From positions 640,001 through 704,000 of the forward strand of contig OZ241986.1 of the NCBI GenBank assembly GCA_965204375.1: DNA of 64,000 nucleotides. The letters are read 5' to 3'. Shown one piece after another: positions 58,660 to 64,000 of the stretch. The translations under genes were made by a program, and so were the position numbers. How positions within the stretch are numbered: the stretch's first letter is position 1; every line of letters begins with the position of its first letter. The notes beneath the pieces are model-generated. The model did not search any database, had not been told where the DNA came from, and saw nothing but the letters and a program-made list of their open reading frames with translations. This DNA comes from Candidatus Latescibacterota bacterium. GTDB taxonomy: Bacteria; Latescibacterota; UBA2968.

Positions 58660-59928
58660 TCACAGACCAATCTTGACGTCGGCAAAGCGATGTGATTTTA
58701 CGATGAGTGTTCCCGTGCTGATTCCAAAGCTGATATCTACGCGGTTAAAGAGCAGCATGCCCACGCCAAAGGCGAAGTCGGCATCTCGCCGATTGTTGCC
58801 GTTTACAGAGCGGTGTACACCGCCACTTTCGGCAAAGGCATATACCCGCCCCAGGGTTTTGAGATCGATGGCATAGAGGGCTTCAGCCGCAAAAAACAGA
58901 GTGCCACCTTCTGGCCCAATAACGCGGCGTTCAATGCCTCTGAGTTGATTATCCCCATCGAGATAAAAGCGTTCGTAAAAGGGCGGATTTCCCCAGACCC
59001 CCCCTGTTTTGACGCCGAGTGAGAGGATGTGTCTTGAGATAACTTGCTGGTGCCGATAGAGTTCCGTGCGAAGTTTGATATAATTTGCAACTGACCCCAG
59101 AAGTTTGGACGACAGTGTGAGCCGGGCGTTAAAATCCGTACCTTGCCCCCAGATCGCGCTCACGGGTTGTTTGAAAAGGCTAAAAGAAAGTGTGGAGAGG
59201 GCTTCCCGCCCTACGGCAGCTTTAATTTCGTTGGCGAATACCCCACCGCCCGTGGGGATGGAGGGGTGTTGAAAATCGCCGATTTGTATGGCTTCAAAAG
59301 CGTATTTTAAGACGAAATGGTAGGCGCGCAAGGGAGAGGGTTGACCAAAACCCATGGCAAATCCGATGCGCTCGAGATCGTAGCGCCCCCTGATATTGGG
59401 GTTTCGATCGCGAAAGATGTCGCGGTCTGCAGAAGACCCCGTTACTTGAATATGAAATGCCTGATTGGTTTTGAGAAAGAGCGGATCGCTGTAGTGAAAC
59501 CCCCAGTATTTGAAGCGTTCTCCCAAACCGTATTCTACGCCGACTAATTTTCCCTCTCCACGCAGGTTGGCGTAATGGGCATTTGCGGACGCGCCAAAGC
59601 CATCGAGTTCGGAATATTCAAGACTCACGCCGAGGTCGCCAAAGCGCTTTTCTTGCACATAGACCACGAGAATGGCTTTGCCTTTTTCTGCACCGGGTTT
59701 GACATTGACAAATGCAGTTCGGAAAAGCAGCAATCGCTCGAGGATTACGCGGCAGCGGTCGATATCCCCTTCGCGCAGGTTATCCCCCACTTTTATTGGT
59801 AAGACCTGCCGAATGATTTCAACACGAGTTTTTTCATTGCCGCGCACTTCAATCTTCTCTATTTCGTGTCCAATTTGCCCCAGGGCAGGGGTGGCAATCA
59901 GGCAGAGCAGGATGAGGTATTTGTACAT
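58660..59928 (-). CDS. Omp85/BamA-TamA family outer-membrane protein (single POTRA)
   Basis: Signal peptide, I.V.GNEKTR POTRA, NLRGEG, FYLDG..QLRG. Confidence 0.8.
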   Translation of the reverse strand: MYKYLILLCLIATPALGQIGHEIEKIEVRGNEKTRVEIIRQVLPIKVGDNLREGDIDRCRVILERLLLFRTAFVNVKPGAEKGKAILVVYVQEKRFGDLGVSLEYSELDGFGASANAHYANLRGEGKLVGVEYGLGERFKYWGFHYSDPLFLKTNQAFHIQVTGSSADRDIFRDRNPNIRGRYDLERIGFAMGFGQPSPLRAYHFVLKYAFEAIQIGDFQHPSIPTGGGVFANEIKAAVGREALSTLSFSLFKQPVSAIWGQGTDFNARLTLSSKLLGSVANYIKLRTELYRHQQVISRHILSLGVKTGGVWGNPPFYERFYLDGDNQLRGIERRVIGPEGGTLFFAAEALYAIDLKTLGRVYAFAESGGVHRSVNGNNRRDADFAFGVGMLLFNRVDISFGISTGTLIVKSHRFADVKIGL

Positions 59929-60138
59929 GATGGTAGCACTCGTGTGGTTTTTAGATACAAGTATGCAAAAACCGTGCCCGTGTCGTGAGACTTTTCGGTA
60001 TAGAAATAAAATTTGGAAAAATAAGAAGTTGTGTGTATATCTAATGCCTGAAACCCGGTACGCATTGTGTGAAACAATACGACATGTGTATCTTTTTTGC
60101 AACAGTATTGAGGAATAATATTCTGGAGGGTGTAAATA

Positions 60139-60984
60139 ATGTCGGTTTCTCATATCCTCGAAAAACTCAAACGCGATGGGTTTTATGTGGTCGAAAACGT
60201 GATTCCCGAAGATGAGGTGGATGCCGTGCGGCAAGCCATAGTGGCAGCACAGGCGCAAAAACACGCGGAGTCTGAGGCGGCACTGGCCGCAACCCGGGCG
60301 CGGGGACATCGCGTCGGTGCAGAAGGTGTGGCGAGTTTGCGGCAGGTGATTAATGAAACGCAGATTTTTGTACCTTATCTGGCAAGTCGAAAGATGATGG
60401 ATGTGGTGGATGCGCTGTTTGGACCTTATGCGCGCGTTTCCTGCACCGATTGTGTGATCAATTATCCGGGCAATGAAAGGGGATACTGGCACGCGGATTG
60501 GCCGTATAATGCGACCAATGCGTCGCATGTTCCTGCGCCGTATCCCGATGCGTTATTGCATTTGTCATCTATCTGGATGTTGACGGCGTTTAATGAGAAA
60601 AATGGCGGGACATTTCTCGTGCCGGGCAGTCATCGATGGCTCGATAACCCGGCCGCAGGTGGGATGGACGATGTGGATCAGGATGCGCCGTATCCCTCCG
60701 AGATGCAGGTGAAGGGCGCAGCGGGCAGTGTGCTGATTTACGATAGTCGATTGTGGCATGCAGTGGCATCAAATCATAGTGACCAACCGCGCGTGGCATT
60801 GATTGTGCGCTATGCCCCGTGGTGGTTGAATTTGAATCCGTCGCATATTGGCAAACCCGAGCACGAGATGATGGTGGTGGAGACAGGTGGCAAGAATTAC
60901 GAGTCTATGCCATTGCAAAAGGAGGTGTACGACGGGTTGCCGAAAGATGTGAAGCCTTTGTACCGTCACTGGGTCGAACAATAA
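60139..60984 (+). CDS. PhyH-family dioxygenase
   Basis: WHADWP, GGT..VPGSH, GSVLIYDSRLWH...N.S..PR. Confidence 0.88.
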   Translation: MSVSHILEKLKRDGFYVVENVIPEDEVDAVRQAIVAAQAQKHAESEAALAATRARGHRVGAEGVASLRQVINETQIFVPYLASRKMMDVVDALFGPYARVSCTDCVINYPGNERGYWHADWPYNATNASHVPAPYPDALLHLSSIWMLTAFNEKNGGTFLVPGSHRWLDNPAAGGMDDVDQDAPYPSEMQVKGAAGSVLIYDSRLWHAVASNHSDQPRVALIVRYAPWWLNLNPSHIGKPEHEMMVVETGGKNYESMPLQKEVYDGLPKDVKPLYRHWVEQ

Positions 60985-61043
60985 TTCAGGTACTATTCGC
61001 AGGTTAAGAATATCGTGAAAATAAAAAATTAAAGGAGCAGACT

Positions 61044-62366
61044 ATGTCAGAGTTACAACTTGAGTCTATTGAACCCTGGGCGCCGCATCCGACCGCTGCG
61101 CCATTGACAGAACGCAGTGGAGATACACTGGCAATTGCCGCAAATGGGACGCGCACCTGTATTGGTGGATGGCAGGTCGCGTATTCGGGTGTTGAGGCTG
61201 GCAAAATATATGAGATCGTTGCTCAGTCGCGGTTTCAAGATGTGGAACAGGTGCGTGATGTGTTGCGCTGTGAGGCGTATTGGGGCCACCTGGATCGGGA
61301 CAGTGGGCGACGCAGCGAAGTTCTGTGCTGGGATTATCTTCTTCCCGAATGGAGTGGCGACACTGTGCAATTTTCACGGCGTCTCACTGCCCCGGAAGAT
61401 GCCGAACATTTGACCGTGCGCTATACGTTTCGCTGGTCGGTTGTGGGATCATCCGAATGGCAATTGCCCAAAGTGATTGCAACCGAAGTGGAAGAATCAT
61501 ACAAACCCGTGAAAATTTGTGTCGCGACGGGACGGCGAGAAGATCGCGACCGGCGGTTTGAGTCCATTCAGGAGAATGTCGATCTTTATTTGCCTTTGTG
61601 CCGGGAGATATGTGAAAAAGAAAAACCCGATTTGATTGTGCTGCCCGAGATTGCTTTGCAATACGGGGTTAAAGGGAGTCCATTGGAACTGGCAGTGCCC
61701 GTGCCGGGACCCGAGGCGGAGCCGTTTGCGGATGTTGCGTGCGATTATGGCGTATATGTGCTGTTGGGTGTGATTGAACGAGATGGTGATGCCGTTCACA
61801 ATACAGCCGTGTTATTCGCGCCCGATGGCGGCGTGGATGGCAAATATCGCAAGGTGCATCTGGCGGTGGGTGGCGAGATGGATTCGGGTATCCTGCCAGG
61901 TGATGATTTTCCCGTATTCGATACAGAGATCGGACGGATTGGGTGCAATATTTGTATGGATTCTTCGGCGGCTGAGTCGTCGCGGATGATCGGATTAAAC
62001 GGCGCAGACTTTTTGTTGTTGCCGATTATGGGTGATCACCGCGCGTGGCATCCGGAAGATCATACGTGGGATCCGGAGCGCTTTCGCGGGATTATGCAGA
62101 CGCGGGCGCTGGACAATCAGTTGTGTATGGTGGTGGCGGTAAATCGCGCGGAGGGTAGCTGTATTATTGATCGCACCGGGCATGTGCTGGCATGGAATGA
62201 TGGCAATGAACGGTTTGTGACCGCTGAGGTGAATCTCGTGGATGGATTCAGGCCAAAGAGTCGCGGGTGCTTTCGCGGGATTAACTGGATGCAGCGACGA
62301 CCACATACCTATCGCGCTTTTGTCGATGAAAAGAACGCGGGTACCTTGAAGGCTGAGGCGTATTGA
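61044..62366 (+). CDS. Carbon-nitrogen hydrolase (nitrilase family) with an N-terminal beta-sandwich-like domain
   Basis: LPE, YRKVHL, ICMD catalytic triad. Confidence 0.88.
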   Translation: MSELQLESIEPWAPHPTAAPLTERSGDTLAIAANGTRTCIGGWQVAYSGVEAGKIYEIVAQSRFQDVEQVRDVLRCEAYWGHLDRDSGRRSEVLCWDYLLPEWSGDTVQFSRRLTAPEDAEHLTVRYTFRWSVVGSSEWQLPKVIATEVEESYKPVKICVATGRREDRDRRFESIQENVDLYLPLCREICEKEKPDLIVLPEIALQYGVKGSPLELAVPVPGPEAEPFADVACDYGVYVLLGVIERDGDAVHNTAVLFAPDGGVDGKYRKVHLAVGGEMDSGILPGDDFPVFDTEIGRIGCNICMDSSAAESSRMIGLNGADFLLLPIMGDHRAWHPEDHTWDPERFRGIMQTRALDNQLCMVVAVNRAEGSCIIDRTGHVLAWNDGNERFVTAEVNLVDGFRPKSRGCFRGINWMQRRPHTYRAFVDEKNAGTLKAEAY

Positions 62367-62369
62367 GAA

Positions 62370-63917
62370 TTATATGCCGAGCGCGCTTTGTTCGCATTTG
62401 GCATATTTTTTGACCAGTTCGTCGTACACTGCGGGGTTGGTGGGCTTGACGACGGAGCCAGATAGGGGTTCGGCGATGCCCGTGCTGATGTCTTCCCAGG
62501 TGGTGTTGAGGTGCGCATGCGCTGCGCGGAGTGCCGCGCCGAGAGCTGCGCTGTTGGTGACTTCAAATTGGTGAACGGGACAGTTTTGCACGTCGGCCAT
62601 GATCTGGAGAATTTCGGGATTGACCGATGCACCACCTGTGACGTAGATGGCTGAGGAACGCACGCCCATCCATTCTGAGTGAATGCGCATGGACATCATT
62701 TGCGCCTCGACAACTGCGCGGCAATTGCCGGCGGCGTCCTGTTCGTCGAGGCCAAAGCGGTGTACGCCGGGTTTGAGGACATTGGGTACGATTTCGGGTT
62801 CAAAATAGGGAAGCATGATTTTGCCATTATTGCCCGGGGGAGTGGATTGGAGTGCATGGGAAAAACCGTTCCAGTCCAGACCGTGAGATTTGCGAACGGC
62901 TTCGCGGGCGAGGGAGCCGTTTTTGAAACAGATGAGGGTCATATAGTCGCCAGTGGGTGAGACGAAGACGTGACCTTCGCCGCGCGGGTCGGTCTGGCAA
63001 TTTTTCATTGTGCCAAAGTAGGTGTCGCTGGTGCCGAGTGAGATGGCGACAAGGCCCTCGCGGATAAGACCGAGGCCGATGACGCTGTTGGGATTGTCGC
63101 CCGACCAGACGAGTGCCTGTGCATTGGGATTGACGCCGTATTTATCGACAAAGTAGGGGTTCACAGTGCCGATAATCGCGCGGGATTCTGAGAGAGGGGG
63201 CAGACGATGGGGTAGATCGGGTGCCGTGGTATCGAGCGCGGCAGCATGATAGGTTCGGGTCTGAATGTCCATCAGGTTCATGCCCGCGCCATCGCCGTGA
63301 TCGATGGGGGCAACTTTGCCCGCGACCAGAGAGGCCATGAAGGAAGAGACGAGCATGATGTGTGCGGTGTTGTTATAAGCATCGGGTTGTGTTTTGTAGA
63401 ATTTGCGAATCTGTGGTCCCGTGAAGCGCTCAAAGGTGGTAGATCCCGTGGCGCTGGCTGTGGCTTGAAGACCGCCGAGGGCGTCGCAAATTTCATCGCA
63501 TTCGGCGCGGGTAGAGGAATCCATCCAGATGGGAGATGTGTCGCGAGAGAATATATCGCCGAGATTTTCTACGAGGGGTTTTGATGGATTGAGATTGGAT
63601 AGGATATCCGCGGTTTTGAGATAGACAGATCCGTGTTGTTGCCCCGAGCCAGAGATGGCCCGGATATTGCCGAGGGTTACGCCCTCGGTTTTCATTTTTT
63701 CGAAAAGCACGTCGAGGGCTTCGGCCCACATGAGAGGTGGCGAGTGAACAATTTTGGGGTCGGGGTGGTCGAGGACGCCATTTTGAGTGCCATAATGCGG
63801 TAGTGTTTCGTCGTAGTTCAAAGAGACGTCGTACACGACTTTGCGGGTGTCGATGTCTATGATAATAGCACTCAAGCTCTGCGTGCTGGCGTCAAGCCCG
63901 AGATAAAGGTCGCTCAT
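62370..63917 (-). CDS. xylB: Xylulokinase (eukaryote-like FGGY type)
   Basis: GLDASTQ, SGSGQQHGSVY, PIWMDSST, ERFTGPQI, GDNP, SLGTSDT. Confidence 0.88.
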   Translation of the reverse strand: MSDLYLGLDASTQSLSAIIIDIDTRKVVYDVSLNYDETLPHYGTQNGVLDHPDPKIVHSPPLMWAEALDVLFEKMKTEGVTLGNIRAISGSGQQHGSVYLKTADILSNLNPSKPLVENLGDIFSRDTSPIWMDSSTRAECDEICDALGGLQATASATGSTTFERFTGPQIRKFYKTQPDAYNNTAHIMLVSSFMASLVAGKVAPIDHGDGAGMNLMDIQTRTYHAAALDTTAPDLPHRLPPLSESRAIIGTVNPYFVDKYGVNPNAQALVWSGDNPNSVIGLGLIREGLVAISLGTSDTYFGTMKNCQTDPRGEGHVFVSPTGDYMTLICFKNGSLAREAVRKSHGLDWNGFSHALQSTPPGNNGKIMLPYFEPEIVPNVLKPGVHRFGLDEQDAAGNCRAVVEAQMMSMRIHSEWMGVRSSAIYVTGGASVNPEILQIMADVQNCPVHQFEVTNSAALGAALRAAHAHLNTTWEDISTGIAEPLSGSVVKPTNPAVYDELVKKYAKCEQSALGI

Positions 63918-64000
63918 GGATACTCCTTACGATTCATAGATAACCGGGCATTTCGATAGATCGTCAATGTGTCGGGTGAGGCCCTGTCGCTCATCGTTGA

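Overview
The window has two halves. Bases ~1-34.9 kb are a genomic island whose left boundary lies outside the window. It ends in a large serine recombinase that reads into the 3' end of tRNA-Asn(GTT). The island carries defence-type cargo: Fic, two putAbiC-like proteins, a UDG-like protein, a tight four-gene PAPS-reductase-like / SF2 helicase / MORC-type GHKL ATPase / PLD operon, a proteasome-beta-like Ntn hydrolase, an MTase-HNH fusion, HEPN-like and SLATT-like proteins, and VapC-Phd. It also carries a leading-region-like operon (RadC, Rad52/22 annealase, SSB-like, RHH) and many non-autonomous repeats, including IS3-like MITE ends and a second MITE that inserts specifically into them. Bases ~35-64 kb are core genome: rpiB, tadA, three more tRNAs, long SRP RNA, dnaX-ybaB-recR, pgsA-pgpA-thpR-recA, a large repeat surface protein, recX-alaS, GGGP synthase, ptsH-ptsI-metK, NtrY/X-like genes, an Omp85 protein and xylB. 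This gene set fits an FCB-group-like bacterium (inference only). The strongest novelty candidates are: (1) the four-gene operon at 7.7-12.5 kb; (2) a 19.9-23.0 kb module in which two unrelated proteins (YkvA/DUF1232 and LRAT) share a selected 28-aa Arg-rich C-terminal tail, alongside two copies of a covarying, promoter-driven ~163-nt structured RNA; (3) MITE-into-MITE-end targeting. All calls come from reading motifs by eye; no searches were run.
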